Translations under genes and position numbers: made by a program
Notes under the pieces: model-generated
Told to the model about the DNA's origin: nothing
Database searches by the model: none
The model's input: only the letters and a program-made list of their open reading frames with translations
Shown here: positions 55,338 through 64,000 of the stretch, in pieces
Layout: each line of letters starts with the position of its first letter
Position numbering within the stretch: the first letter of the stretch is position 1
DNA from: Escherichia phage MRostami-2023e
DNA: 64,000 nt
Sequence record: OQ031495
Direction: 5' to 3' (one strand)

Positions 55338-55525
55338 GCAAATTAACTAAAGTTACTTTTATCGGTTGGTTTAAAAGCGGTGAGATGTTCACTAAAGATA
55401 TCATGTTATCAGGTGATCGCGAAGAAATCGAGTGGGTTACGGTACAACTTGCTGAAGTGAACAAAGCATTAGTTAAAGCATTTGTTAATGACGAGAAAGT
55501 TTTCGAAGCTGATTTCAGAGGATAA
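55334..55525 (+). CDS. hypothetical protein (63 aa)
   Basis: GAGGAAATATG start. Confidence 0.45.
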   Translation: MSKLTKVTFIGWFKSGEMFTKDIMLSGDREEIEWVTVQLAEVNKALVKAFVNDEKVFEADFRG

Positions 55526-55526
55526 T

Positions 55527-55739
55527 ATGTATTCAACTGTGTTTAAACCATCAACATACGAATTTGCATCAACTACACAATGGAAAGCTCTTATTCTAGA
55601 AGGATGGGAACTAATGATGGACTGTGAAGCATCTGAAAAGTTTCCACACGGCAAAGTGGACTTCGTTAAATTTGCTGTACGTCCGACTAAACGACAAATT
55701 CGTCAAGAAAAACGCAAATTTCGCAAAAGTTTAAAATAG
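55527..55739 (+). CDS. hypothetical protein (70 aa)
   Basis: AGAGGATAATATG start. Confidence 0.45.
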   Translation: MYSTVFKPSTYEFASTTQWKALILEGWELMMDCEASEKFPHGKVDFVKFAVRPTKRQIRQEKRKFRKSLK

Positions 55740-55799
55740 CTGTTTACAAGCCCCACATACTGTGTTACTATCTTTCTATCAACTACAGAGGAAATTGAA

Positions 55800-56168
55800 A
55801 TGAAAAAATTAATCGCTTTAGCAATGGTATTCGGATTAACCGGATGTGGTGCCCATGGCTTTATCCCTAATAACGTTGGCCAACTGATTTACAATCCAAA
55901 TGTTAAACAGTATGACCAACCTAAAGTTGAAGTGGAAGACCCAGTTACTGTAGGTAATCGAATGATTCAAGCTGATGCTCATGCTCAACGTTATCGTGAC
56001 TCTGATACTGTAGCATTGTCAAAAGAACAACGCGTTAAAGAACATTGTCTACAGGCTACTGAAATCGCATTCATTCGCTATGTTGAAACAACCGGTAAAG
56101 AGCCTACCCAGAAACAAATCGCGAATAACTACATCCAGTGTATTGAACGTTTAAACAAATTTAACTAA
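55800..56168 (+). CDS. lipoprotein (122 aa)
   Basis: Signal peptide with lipobox LTGC (MKKLIALAMVFGLTGC). Confidence 0.6.
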   Translation: MKKLIALAMVFGLTGCGAHGFIPNNVGQLIYNPNVKQYDQPKVEVEDPVTVGNRMIQADAHAQRYRDSDTVALSKEQRVKEHCLQATEIAFIRYVETTGKEPTQKQIANNYIQCIERLNKFN

Positions 56169-56229
56169 TTGGTTTACGCCAAAGCCAAAACAAGATATTA
56201 TAAACATAACAAATCAAGAGGAAATTAAC

Positions 56230-56478
56230 ATGGAATTATTCGTAGCTAGTTCAATAGCAGTTTTAATCGCAGGTATTGGTTCAATCATCATTTACATGTT
56301 GCCTTGGGTAATCGCACTTATTCGTGGCACAAAAAGCACAACAGCAATCTTCTTTGTATCTTTACTCTTTAACTGGACGATGGTTGGTTGGATTGGAACT
56401 TTAATTTGGTCTATCGTTGCCGAAAAGAAATCTGCTCAGCAGCCTCAACAAGTAATTATTATTCGCGAAAAAGAATAA
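56230..56478 (+). CDS. small membrane protein (82 aa)
   Basis: Two TM segments. Confidence 0.5.
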   Translation: MELFVASSIAVLIAGIGSIIIYMLPWVIALIRGTKSTTAIFFVSLLFNWTMVGWIGTLIWSIVAEKKSAQQPQQVIIIREKE

Positions 56479-56541
56479 ACTTGTTTACATTATAGATGGA
56501 CTATAGTATAGTAGTCCTATCAAATCAACTAAGGAGTTAAA

Positions 56542-56835
56542 ATGAAAAAGTTATCATTGGCAGCAATCTTACTTGCAGTATCATGTGCACCAGCTCCAGT
56601 TACGGCAGGTTATGATAAAGACCTCTGTGAGTGGTCAATGACTGCAAATCAAGAAGATGTTGAACAACAAATCTTCTCTGATATCATGAACATCACTAAA
56701 CGAGACCGTCCTAATATGGTTAATAAAGTTGTTGAACAACTTAAGTCTGGCGGTATCATGCAGTACAATTATGTTTTGTATTGTGACCCTAATTTCGATA
56801 ACAAAGATATCGTAACCGAAATCACAGGTGAATAA
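56542..56835 (+). CDS. sp: spackle periplasmic protein Sp (superinfection exclusion / gp5 lysozyme inhibitor)
   Basis: Signal peptide then GYDKDLCEWSMTA.Q..VE.QI..DIMNI.KRDRP.M...V..QLKSGG.MQYNYVLYCD matches remembered T4 Sp; 97 aa. Confidence 0.85.
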   Translation: MKKLSLAAILLAVSCAPAPVTAGYDKDLCEWSMTANQEDVEQQIFSDIMNITKRDRPNMVNKVVEQLKSGGIMQYNYVLYCDPNFDNKDIVTEITGE

Positions 56836-56836
56836 T

Positions 56837-57487
56837 ATGATTTATTACATGCACAAAAACGCACCATTTAAATATGGTAAATTTCCTAATGCACAATGTT
56901 ATAATATAACGCCGAATGAAAATAATAACGGATACCATATTGGTGTAATTTTTGTAATTGTTAAAGATAACGAAATCGTTGCCTGGGCAGATTTTAAAGG
57001 TACAACATATGATGTTAATCCTGTGCCTTTCACGTATTACAATATAATGGATTTGGCATATGATTATAATTGGTTTACTCATGACACGTTGGCTCATATT
57101 GAAGGTGTAGGATTTGACATCTCTTATTCTAGTTATTCATTATGTCCTATGAGCCGAGCTCACGGTAAAGATGTATCATATCTTTCAATTCGGAAACGTG
57201 TAAACTTCAAACGTAGCACAGAGTATGTTGGTGGACTCTTTGTTAAAGATAATAAAATAATCCGTATTAGTTATCCTTTAAGTGTAGGTCAAAAAGATGT
57301 TGATGTTGATTTAGACTTAACCGAAAATAACATTAATCGTATTGCTTCTGTATATTTTGATATCGATGAAAAAATTGTAGTGTGTGGATACGAATTACCA
57401 CCTGAAGAAAAGGCTGAAGCAATTGAAGTCGAATTAGAAATTTCTGTTGATGACCAAATATTTAATGCATTTATGAATCGAGGTTAA
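56837..57487 (+). CDS. hypothetical protein (216 aa)
   Basis: ORF coupled to sp. Confidence 0.55.
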   Translation: MIYYMHKNAPFKYGKFPNAQCYNITPNENNNGYHIGVIFVIVKDNEIVAWADFKGTTYDVNPVPFTYYNIMDLAYDYNWFTHDTLAHIEGVGFDISYSSYSLCPMSRAHGKDVSYLSIRKRVNFKRSTEYVGGLFVKDNKIIRISYPLSVGQKDVDVDLDLTENNINRIASVYFDIDEKIVVCGYELPPEEKAEAIEVELEISVDDQIFNAFMNRG

Positions 57488-57488
57488 A

Positions 57489-57686
57489 ATGACTACTGCA
57501 ATTTGCACTGGTTCTAAAATTAGTGTTTTTACAAGTTTTGAAGATTATGAAGTTGTTTCAAAACACCAATACCATATTAGCGTAAAAGCTAATGATGGGG
57601 TAATTTGGAATATTCCACAGTATGAAGGCACTACATATGAAGTCACAGATATAAATGGTGACAAAGCAATCTTTGTAATTGATTAA
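57489..57686 (+). CDS. hypothetical protein (65 aa)
   Basis: ORF. Confidence 0.45.
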   Translation: MTTAICTGSKISVFTSFEDYEVVSKHQYHISVKANDGVIWNIPQYEGTTYEVTDINGDKAIFVID

Positions 57687-57705
57687 ATATACTCAGGAGG
57701 TACCT

Positions 57706-58173
57706 ATGGGTATTATTAACACTGCAATAGATTCTGTTTATGCATATAAGTTTATTCGACTAATGCAAAAACCTTTTACCGAATGGAAAGCATACGAAGC
57801 CAAAATCATCGATGAACGTGGAAGTGTTCTTAAACGTCCTTCTACTCCCGAAGAAAAAGCGGCGTATACACCTTTTCATGCTTCAGTTCGTTCAATGAAG
57901 CGAATGATGAGCACTGTTCCAGGTCTTAATGGAATGGCCTCAATGATGTCTGCCTGGAGTGCTGTAGCTTCACGCTATAACATTACGGAAGAACAACAGA
58001 AAGAAATATTTAAAGAACTCCCTTTATTTGAGGATATGGTTGCTGGTGATTCAGGTGGCAACCCTCAAGCTATTGCATCAGGAACTACTTCAGGTGCAGT
58101 CGTAAATAAAGGTCCAGAACAAATTCCTTCCAAGAAAAGAAAGCGAATTAAAGTAAATATTAATAAGTTGTGA
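57706..58173 (+). CDS. hypothetical protein (155 aa)
   Basis: AGGAGG Shine-Dalgarno plus ATG. Confidence 0.55.
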   Translation: MGIINTAIDSVYAYKFIRLMQKPFTEWKAYEAKIIDERGSVLKRPSTPEEKAAYTPFHASVRSMKRMMSTVPGLNGMASMMSAWSAVASRYNITEEQQKEIFKELPLFEDMVAGDSGGNPQAIASGTTSGAVVNKGPEQIPSKKRKRIKVNINKL

Positions 58174-58212
58174 TATGATGGCCTTAAATTAATAAGGCCT
58201 CTGGAGAATACT

Positions 58213-59235
58213 ATGGCTGAATGGATAGATAATGAATTTGCTTATCGTGCGTTTTCTCACCTACCTCGTTTTAGACAAATCAATAATTCAAGCACATTTA
58301 AATTAACATTTCGATGTCCAGTTTGTGGCGACTCCCAGACAGATGCAATGAAAGCTCGCGGATGGTATTATGGCGGTACTCCTGGTAATGTACATTGTTA
58401 TAACTGTCAATACCATAATACAATTTCCGGATACTTAAAAGAGTATGATGAAGAGCTTTATCGTGAGTATCTAATGGAAGTTCGTAAAGAAAAAGCTAGA
58501 ATGGAACCAAAGATTGAAAAGGTTTCTGAACATAAACCAGAACCGGAGAAAAAGACTATAAATTCTTTGCCGTCTTGTTCTCGTCTGGACAAGCTGCCTG
58601 AAGAGCATCCTATTGTGAAATATGTTAAGTCTAGATGCATTCCTAAAGAATCATGGAACAGATTATGGTTCACATTAGAATGGCCTAAATTGGTCAACAA
58701 GATTCAACCTGGTACGTATAAGAAAGAGATTCCCGAACCACGTTTAGTTATTCCTATTTTTAATAAAGATGGGAAGGCCGAGTCATTTCAAGGACGTGCA
58801 CTTCGTAAAGATGCTCCTCAGAAATATATCACTATTAAAGCGTTTGAGTCTGCAACAAAAATTTATGGTGTTGAACGTGTTAAGGAAGGAGACGTCTGGG
58901 TAATGGAAGGCCCTATTGATAGTTTATTCATACCCAATGCAATCGCTATTACAGGCGGCTCAATAGATTTAGATGTGGTACCATTTAAAGAGCGTCGGGT
59001 ATGGGTAATGGATAATGAACCTAGGCATCCGGATACTATAGCTCGTATGAAGCGATTAGTTGATGCAGGCGAACGTGTCATGTTCTGGGACCGAGCTCCA
59101 TGGAGATCAAAGGATGTGAATGATATGGTAATGAAAGAAAATGCAACACCACAAGAAATTTTAGAATATATGAAACAGAATATTTCAAGTGGGTTGCATG
59201 CTAAAATGAGATTATCTCGTTATTCGAAGATTTAA
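58213..59235 (+). CDS. 61: DNA primase gp61
   Basis: N-terminal zinc ribbon CPVCGDS...CYNC, TOPRIM-like core; 340 aa. Confidence 0.9.
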   Translation: MAEWIDNEFAYRAFSHLPRFRQINNSSTFKLTFRCPVCGDSQTDAMKARGWYYGGTPGNVHCYNCQYHNTISGYLKEYDEELYREYLMEVRKEKARMEPKIEKVSEHKPEPEKKTINSLPSCSRLDKLPEEHPIVKYVKSRCIPKESWNRLWFTLEWPKLVNKIQPGTYKKEIPEPRLVIPIFNKDGKAESFQGRALRKDAPQKYITIKAFESATKIYGVERVKEGDVWVMEGPIDSLFIPNAIAITGGSIDLDVVPFKERRVWVMDNEPRHPDTIARMKRLVDAGERVMFWDRAPWRSKDVNDMVMKENATPQEILEYMKQNISSGLHAKMRLSRYSKI

Positions 59236-59429
59236 ACAAGCCCTATAATAGCAAAGGCCAAATCAACTACAGTATCCAATGGAACAGAAGGAACTATAAT
59301 ACCATGGGCAACTAACAATGGTGCAATCCCGAAGTTCCATGAAATAATGCCACCTACAACTATTGCAGCGATAGCAGTTTTCTTTTTATTGCCTTTAATA
59401 GCGTTGATTAACGATGGAAGTTTAAACAT
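59232..59429 (-). CDS. small membrane protein on the minus strand (65 aa)
   Basis: Only intergenic minus-strand ORF; strong AAGGAG Shine-Dalgarno 6 nt before ATG on the reverse strand; two TM-like segments. Confidence 0.5.
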   Translation of the reverse strand: MFKLPSLINAIKGNKKKTAIAAIVVGGIISWNFGIAPLLVAHGIIVPSVPLDTVVDLAFAIIGLV

Positions 59430-59517
59430 AATATCTCCTTAGTTACCTATTATTTATTACGCTTTATAAAATTAATGTTAGAATTAACTCTCTTATACTG
59501 AATTGAAAGGAAAAATA

Positions 59518-60039
59518 ATGGCACACTTTAACGAATGTTCACAACTTATTTCTGGTGTTGATAAAGCAGAAGAAGCTTATTTTAATGCTCTGATTCACGA
59601 AGATAAAGACCCACTGCAGGTAATGCTTGATATGCAGAAATCTTTACAGGTTCGTCTGGCAAATGACAAGCCTGAACATAACAAACATCCTGATGAATTG
59701 GCTACCGCTGGTGATGTTGTTGATTGGCTGCGTAATCAGAAAGATTATATTGATGATGAATTCCGCGAACTGCTGACTTCTCTTGGTGGTATGAGCAATG
59801 GCGAAAAAGCCGCCAGCAGTGTATGGAAGCCGTGGAAGGCACAACATGCTGAATATCGAAATCGTCGTATCGATGAACTGTCTCCTGAAGACCAGCTTGA
59901 AATTAAATTCGAGATGATTGATATCCTCCACTTTGTTCTGAATATGTTCCAAGGTCTGGGTCTTTCCGCTGAAGAAATCTTTAAACTTTACTACTTGAAA
60001 AACCAACACAACTTTGAACGTCAGGATAATGGTTACTGA
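59518..60039 (+). CDS. 56: dCTP pyrophosphatase gp56 (MazG-like)
   Basis: MAHFNEC...DPLQVMLDMQ...RLAN...SPEDQLEIKFE..D..HFVLNMF.GLG...EEIFKLYYLKN matches remembered T4 gp56. Confidence 0.9.
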   Translation: MAHFNECSQLISGVDKAEEAYFNALIHEDKDPLQVMLDMQKSLQVRLANDKPEHNKHPDELATAGDVVDWLRNQKDYIDDEFRELLTSLGGMSNGEKAASSVWKPWKAQHAEYRNRRIDELSPEDQLEIKFEMIDILHFVLNMFQGLGLSAEEIFKLYYLKNQHNFERQDNGY

Positions 60040-60045
60040 TTAAGT

Positions 60046-60053
60046 TATAAATA
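60046..60053 (+). promoter_or_regulatory. T4-type late promoter core TATAAATA upstream of soc
   Basis: Exact TATAAATA about 30 nt before the soc start. Confidence 0.55.
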
Positions 60054-60084
60054 CACCTGTAATTAAACAACAAAGGAGTTAATT

Positions 60085-60321
60085 ATGGGTGGTTATGTAA
60101 ACATCAAAACCTTTACGCATCCTGCTGGTGAAGGTAAAGAAGTTAAAGGTATGGAAGTTTCTGTACCGTTTGAGATTTATTCAAACGAACATCGGATTGC
60201 AGATTCTCATTACCAAATCTTTCCATCAGAAAAGGCAGCTTATTCTACTGTAGTTTCTGATGCAGCTGACTGGAAAACTAAGAACGCTGCAATGTTTACC
60301 CCTACACCAGTAAGTGGTTAA
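60085..60321 (+). CDS. soc: small outer capsid protein Soc
   Basis: GYVNIKTF....YQ.FPSEKAAYSTV matches remembered T4 Soc; 78 aa. Confidence 0.85.
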   Translation: MGGYVNIKTFTHPAGEGKEVKGMEVSVPFEIYSNEHRIADSHYQIFPSEKAAYSTVVSDAADWKTKNAAMFTPTPVSG

Positions 60322-60330
60322 ATAATTTAA

Positions 60331-60359
60331 GGAATCCTTCGGGATTCCTTTTTTTTTTT
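60331..60359 (+). terminator. rho-independent terminator (UUCG tetraloop)
   Basis: ggaatcc-ttcg-ggattcc then T11. Confidence 0.75.
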
Positions 60360-60426
60360 GTTTCTACAGTTTACAACCACTAAAAACTGTGTTAAGATAT
60401 TCTTACTTACTCAAGAGGAGAACAAT

Positions 60427-60654
60427 ATGTTAAATCGTTGGATTAAACCTAATAACACATTAGGTGCTTTGATTGCTCAAGAAGTTTCGTTGAAATACGG
60501 TCTTGGATATTACGATGATGTAGTCGTACACTCATTTATGATGGATGGTGAAGACGTCAAATTTAATGCCGAAATCCGTTGGGATGATGGTGGTGTTCGT
60601 TTTGTTCGAGGAACAATTAATGCTTACGATACTGAAGAAGTTATTTGCTGTTAA
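60427..60654 (+). CDS. hypothetical protein (75 aa)
   Basis: AAGAGGAGAACAATATG start. Confidence 0.5.
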   Translation: MLNRWIKPNNTLGALIAQEVSLKYGLGYYDDVVVHSFMMDGEDVKFNAEIRWDDGGVRFVRGTINAYDTEEVICC

Positions 60655-60667
60655 ACCAGGCGAAGGT

Positions 60668-60868
60668 ATGATGCCTATTCCTGATACACACGAAAAAAGT
60701 TGGGAATACATTGGTGACGGAATGATGGAAGAAGTTGTTCGTCCAAAAACAAAACAGGTTAATGCTTCAAGCTCTTCAAGTTATGATCATTCATACGTAT
60801 CGTCTTGGCCTGGTGATTCTGGGTCAAGTTATTCTGATTGTGGTTCAAGCTCAGGGAGCTGCGAATGA
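60668..60868 (+). CDS. hypothetical Ser-rich small protein (66 aa)
   Basis: ORF; C-terminal Ser/Gly/Cys-rich tail. Confidence 0.4.
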   Translation: MMPIPDTHEKSWEYIGDGMMEEVVRPKTKQVNASSSSSYDHSYVSSWPGDSGSSYSDCGSSSGSCE

Positions 60869-61044
60869 ACAAGATAGTTAAATGGTTTAAAAGCTGGGAC
60901 GATGGTGTCGGTCCAGAAGATTGGCTGGATGTTCTTGAAGAGAATATGGCTAAAGAATTCCAGAAACACGAAGAGAAGCTCGTCGAAGATGAAGGCGAAC
61001 GTATTGTAAAACTTTATATGGGTGAACCATCGAGGAAATTATAA
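60865..61044 (+). CDS. hypothetical acidic protein (59 aa)
   Basis: GGGAG Shine-Dalgarno plus ATG. Confidence 0.45.
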   Translation: MNKIVKWFKSWDDGVGPEDWLDVLEENMAKEFQKHEEKLVEDEGERIVKLYMGEPSRKL

Positions 61045-61508
61045 TGGATGCTATGTTATTTAAAATGTACTTGCTTGAAGCCAAGTCGTTTAAACATATA
61101 CCAGTAGAAGATAAGACTCCACTAGAAATAGCTATTCTCATTAACAAAAGTCTAAATAATCCGCAATATATCGTAGAAGAATTCTGCAAATTGCAGATTC
61201 CTAAAGGTTACAAAATTCGTGTAGAGCGAGTTGGAGCTATTACTCATTCTAAAAATTCTCCGTTTAGTCTTGAAGAAGGCATAAAGGACTTAGGTTATGA
61301 ATCTACGGAAAATGCCGTTTATGTGAATCCAGAAAAGCGTTTAGACCTGTTTGAAAAGCGAGACCATAAGTATTTTGCCAAAAAATACTTTATTACATCA
61401 TTAGCAGATTTAACCCATTTGCAACGAGCTATTTGGAAATTTTTTAAGACAAAAGGTGTAGCGCTAGAAACATTCTCCGAGCAGCCTAGTTTTTATTTAG
61501 GTGAATAA
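61044..61508 (+). CDS. hypothetical protein (154 aa)
   Basis: ATGA-coupled ORF. Confidence 0.5.
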   Translation: MDAMLFKMYLLEAKSFKHIPVEDKTPLEIAILINKSLNNPQYIVEEFCKLQIPKGYKIRVERVGAITHSKNSPFSLEEGIKDLGYESTENAVYVNPEKRLDLFEKRDHKYFAKKYFITSLADLTHLQRAIWKFFKTKGVALETFSEQPSFYLGE

Positions 61509-61509
61509 T

Positions 61510-61689
61510 ATGGACCTTATGAGTATGTTTGACGAGCCTGAAGTTGAGGCTCCTAAAGTGCATCGTAGTGAACTTGTTGATGAACTAGATAGTATTATAC
61601 AACGACACGGCTTTAGTTTACCTGTTGAAGCCCTGAAAGACCTTGCCTCTTATTATGACGACCCTCCACCATGGAGTCCTTGGAAATGA
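61510..61689 (+). CDS. hypothetical acidic protein (59 aa)
   Basis: ORF. Confidence 0.45.
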   Translation: MDLMSMFDEPEVEAPKVHRSELVDELDSIIQRHGFSLPVEALKDLASYYDDPPPWSPWK

Positions 61690-61850
61690 AAGAGAAATTT
61701 AAAGAGAAATTCTTACTAGAAATCAAGGAAAAAGACTTTGAGACATGGTATCGAATGGTGAAAGGGTTGACATTGCTTTTTAAAGCATCGTTATTCATGT
61801 TAGAACAACCTGGCCCTGATGGACCTTTAGTAGGAAAGCTTAAAAAGTAG
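61686..61850 (+). CDS. hypothetical small protein (54 aa)
   Basis: ATGA-coupled ORF. Confidence 0.35.
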   Translation: MKEKFKEKFLLEIKEKDFETWYRMVKGLTLLFKASLFMLEQPGPDGPLVGKLKK

Positions 61851-61905
61851 TTTACATTCCCTCCTCTCGTGTTATGATAGGCTTATCTTTAAATGGAGGT
61901 CTATC

Positions 61906-62487
61906 ATGACATGTCAATCTGAACTTCAAGAACGTGAATACCTAACAAATCTGATTGATAGCAAATTCACCCGCCAAGAACAAAACATTCTCTGGGCTTG
62001 CACCGATTCTAAGGAAGACCCGGATTTCCACTATGAATTAGACCATCTTGTTCGTAAGCATATGACTTCTACAGTACCAGTAGAACTCTACCGTGGTGTA
62101 ACTCCAGAAGAAGTAGAACGTCTTTCCCTTCTTTCTGTTGGATGCCATTGGTCTCCTGGGCGAGTAACATCGTTCACAACTGATTTCAGTACAGCTCGTC
62201 AATTCTCTGGGAGATGGGAATATCAGACGTACACTATTCTTAGTCTCAGGAATGCTCCATTCATTTTTGATTACTACCAAAACATGATTAACATTGTACT
62301 CGCCGGAAAGAACCCTAAGCATGTTATGGAAGAAACGCGTGTTGACGTCCTAGATATGATTGAATCTGAACAAGAGTACATGGTCTCAGGCATCTCTCGA
62401 TTTGAGATTGTGGAAATTGAAGACTTAGAATATGACCCTTTATCTCGATTATACAAAATCATTCATTTGAAAATGTTGAATTTTTAG
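61906..62487 (+). CDS. ModA/ModB-family ADP-ribosyltransferase, paralog 1
   Basis: R-S-E pattern: LYRGV (Arg), FSTA (Ser-Thr), ESEQEYM (catalytic Glu-x-Glu); position beside soc as T4 modA/modB. Confidence 0.6.
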   Translation: MTCQSELQEREYLTNLIDSKFTRQEQNILWACTDSKEDPDFHYELDHLVRKHMTSTVPVELYRGVTPEEVERLSLLSVGCHWSPGRVTSFTTDFSTARQFSGRWEYQTYTILSLRNAPFIFDYYQNMINIVLAGKNPKHVMEETRVDVLDMIESEQEYMVSGISRFEIVEIEDLEYDPLSRLYKIIHLKMLNF

Positions 62488-62544
62488 TGTACAAACTCTT
62501 TAGATGATGATACTATACCTTTATCAACCACAGGAGAAACCTAA

Positions 62545-63153
62545 ATGTTTATGCCGTATAACGAGTGTGAAATTGAAGAAATGGTTCGTCGTGCTCAAAA
62601 CCCCGAATATCAAGATGTATTGCAGTACGAAATTGATAGTCAATTCAACGATAATGAACAAAGCATCCTTTGGCAGTGTATGGAAAACAAGCCAGACTGT
62701 ATTCAACAGGAGTTAAGTTCAATCGTTCGTAGAAATTGGACGTCTTCTGTTCCTGAGACAATGTATCGTGGAATCTCTAAGAAAACTATGGCCACACTTG
62801 ATGATAAAGGCATTGGTAGTATTATTAAATTTGACAGAGTAATGAGCTTCAGCCCAGTGTTCGGTGTAGCACGTAACTTTGCTTCGTATAATTTTTACGG
62901 AACATTTAATATGTTCTGCATCAAAGATGCACCATTTGCTTTCAACTTCCGTGAACATATGCTTAACATGATTCTGGCTGCGCCATCTTGTGAGTTCAAT
63001 GGAGCTTTCCCTGAAGCGACAAGACGGTCTAATGCTAGACTTATATCTGACGAATGTGAATTTATGCTCCCTATAGGGACTACACTGCGTGTAGATTCTA
63101 TTATTCAAGATGGACGTTATACAATCTGGAATCTGTCTATTGTCAGTTACTGA
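62545..63153 (+). CDS. ModA/ModB-family ADP-ribosyltransferase, paralog 2
   Basis: MYRGIS, FSPVFGVAR, DECEF; N-terminal region alignable with 61906 product (ILW.C...K.D). Confidence 0.6.
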   Translation: MFMPYNECEIEEMVRRAQNPEYQDVLQYEIDSQFNDNEQSILWQCMENKPDCIQQELSSIVRRNWTSSVPETMYRGISKKTMATLDDKGIGSIIKFDRVMSFSPVFGVARNFASYNFYGTFNMFCIKDAPFAFNFREHMLNMILAAPSCEFNGAFPEATRRSNARLISDECEFMLPIGTTLRVDSIIQDGRYTIWNLSIVSY

Positions 63154-63306
63154 CTGAATTGGAATAACCGGATGGAACTCAGAACCATTATAACACATAA
63201 AAAATTAAAGCATTTTATGAAAAAAGAGTGTACACTACCTGAGGGCATGATATTATAAGCTTATCAGCTAAATGACCTTAACGTCCGTAAGACAGAGGAA
63301 AATATT

Positions 63307-64000
63307 ATGTTATCAAATAATAAAATTAACAAAATCAATCGTCGTCTTGACCACACCAGAGCTTCTGCGAAGAGACGCTCTAAGGATTTTAACTTAGACT
63401 TTAATTACCTTAAAAACATTCTTGATCAAAAGGTCTGCGCTTACTCAGGTGAATCTTTTAATAACTCTGTTGAAGGTGAGAAATTATCCTTAGAACGTTT
63501 TAATAATGATATAGGCTACATTAAAGGTAATGTCATCCCAGTTAAGAAAAAATATAACACGGCTCGTTCTGATTTAACATTAGAAGAACTTATTGAGAAA
63601 CGTGATGCCATTGCAAGACGTATCGCTAATCCTTCTGCCCGTAAAGTAGAGAAACTTAATCTCGACGAGAAGAAATGGGCCCAAATTAAAAAGGTTTATG
63701 GCACTATTTTAAAAATCCGAGCAAAACGTGAAAATCGTGTTAAGCATATGGCGAACATGATGAAAAATCAACCTTTATCTAACGAATCTAAACTTAGAAT
63801 TGTTGCTTTGAAAGCACGCATTAATGGCTCACATCAAGCAGAAGGCCATGAACTTACTAAACTCAATGTTCTTCTTAAAGGCTCTGACTGGAAAACTAAA
63901 ACTAAATTAACTGACGCTGAATCGCTTTTCGATACATATGATAAAGTTATCCAAGGTCTGCAACGTTTTGAAAAGATTGGTTTCATTGGTAAATTAAAAT
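63307..64000 (+). CDS. hypothetical protein, 3' end beyond window (position of T4 srd)
   Basis: GAGGAAAATATTATG start; ORF open to window end. Confidence 0.5.
   Translation, partial: MLSNNKINKINRRLDHTRASAKRRSKDFNLDFNYLKNILDQKVCAYSGESFNNSVEGEKLSLERFNNDIGYIKGNVIPVKKKYNTARSDLTLEELIEKRDAIARRIANPSARKVEKLNLDEKKWAQIKKVYGTILKIRAKRENRVKHMANMMKNQPLSNESKLRIVALKARINGSHQAEGHELTKLNVLLKGSDWKTKTKLTDAESLFDTYDKVIQGLQRFEKIGFIGKLK

Noticed and set aside
1-64000. CRISPR arrays, integrases, transposases or other mobile-element hallmarks
   Set aside because: No spaced direct-repeat arrays and no recombinase or transposase motifs seen in any translated ORF; visible content is consistent with a lytic T4-like genome

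Overview
This 64-kb window is a T4-like (Tevenvirinae) myophage segment, almost entirely one rightward (+ strand) early/middle transcription domain. Gene calls rest on my reading of the translated ORFs against remembered T4 proteins; no database search was run. The T4-type backbone runs: tRNA-Arg 3' end, internal-protein/e.x region, nudE, e (lysozyme), internal-protein genes, denV, regB, tk, rI, nrdC, 49, nrdD, nrdG, nrdH, 55, 47, 46, rpbA-like, 45, 44, 62, regA, 43, a non-T4 insert, 42, two non-T4 genes, uvsX, a gene in the position of 40, 41, sp, 61, 56, soc, and two ModA/ModB-like genes. The 903-aa gp43 and the overall content look RB69-like. The main finding is a four-gene module between genes 43 and 42 (SIS-domain sugar-phosphate isomerase, fused NTP-transferase/kinase, HAD phosphatase, Cys-rich 386-aa protein), where T4 carries imm. 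No alpha- or beta-glucosyltransferase gene is visible at either T4 position. I infer a phage-encoded NDP-pentose (probably arabinose) donor pathway for hydroxymethylcytosine DNA hypermodification. Other points: nrdG is interrupted by an in-frame TAA; denV lacks its stop and reads into an internal-protein-like peptide; there are at least four internal-protein-like genes with capsid-targeting N-termini; a GrcA-like glycyl-radical gene has a host-like GC-rich 3' half; a macro-domain gene and several small paralogous families are present. Ten N-masked stretches (about 2.1 kb in total) cannot be interpreted. Start codons are chosen by in-frame ATG/GTG plus Shine-Dalgarno and may be off; promoter and terminator coordinates are approximate to a few bases.
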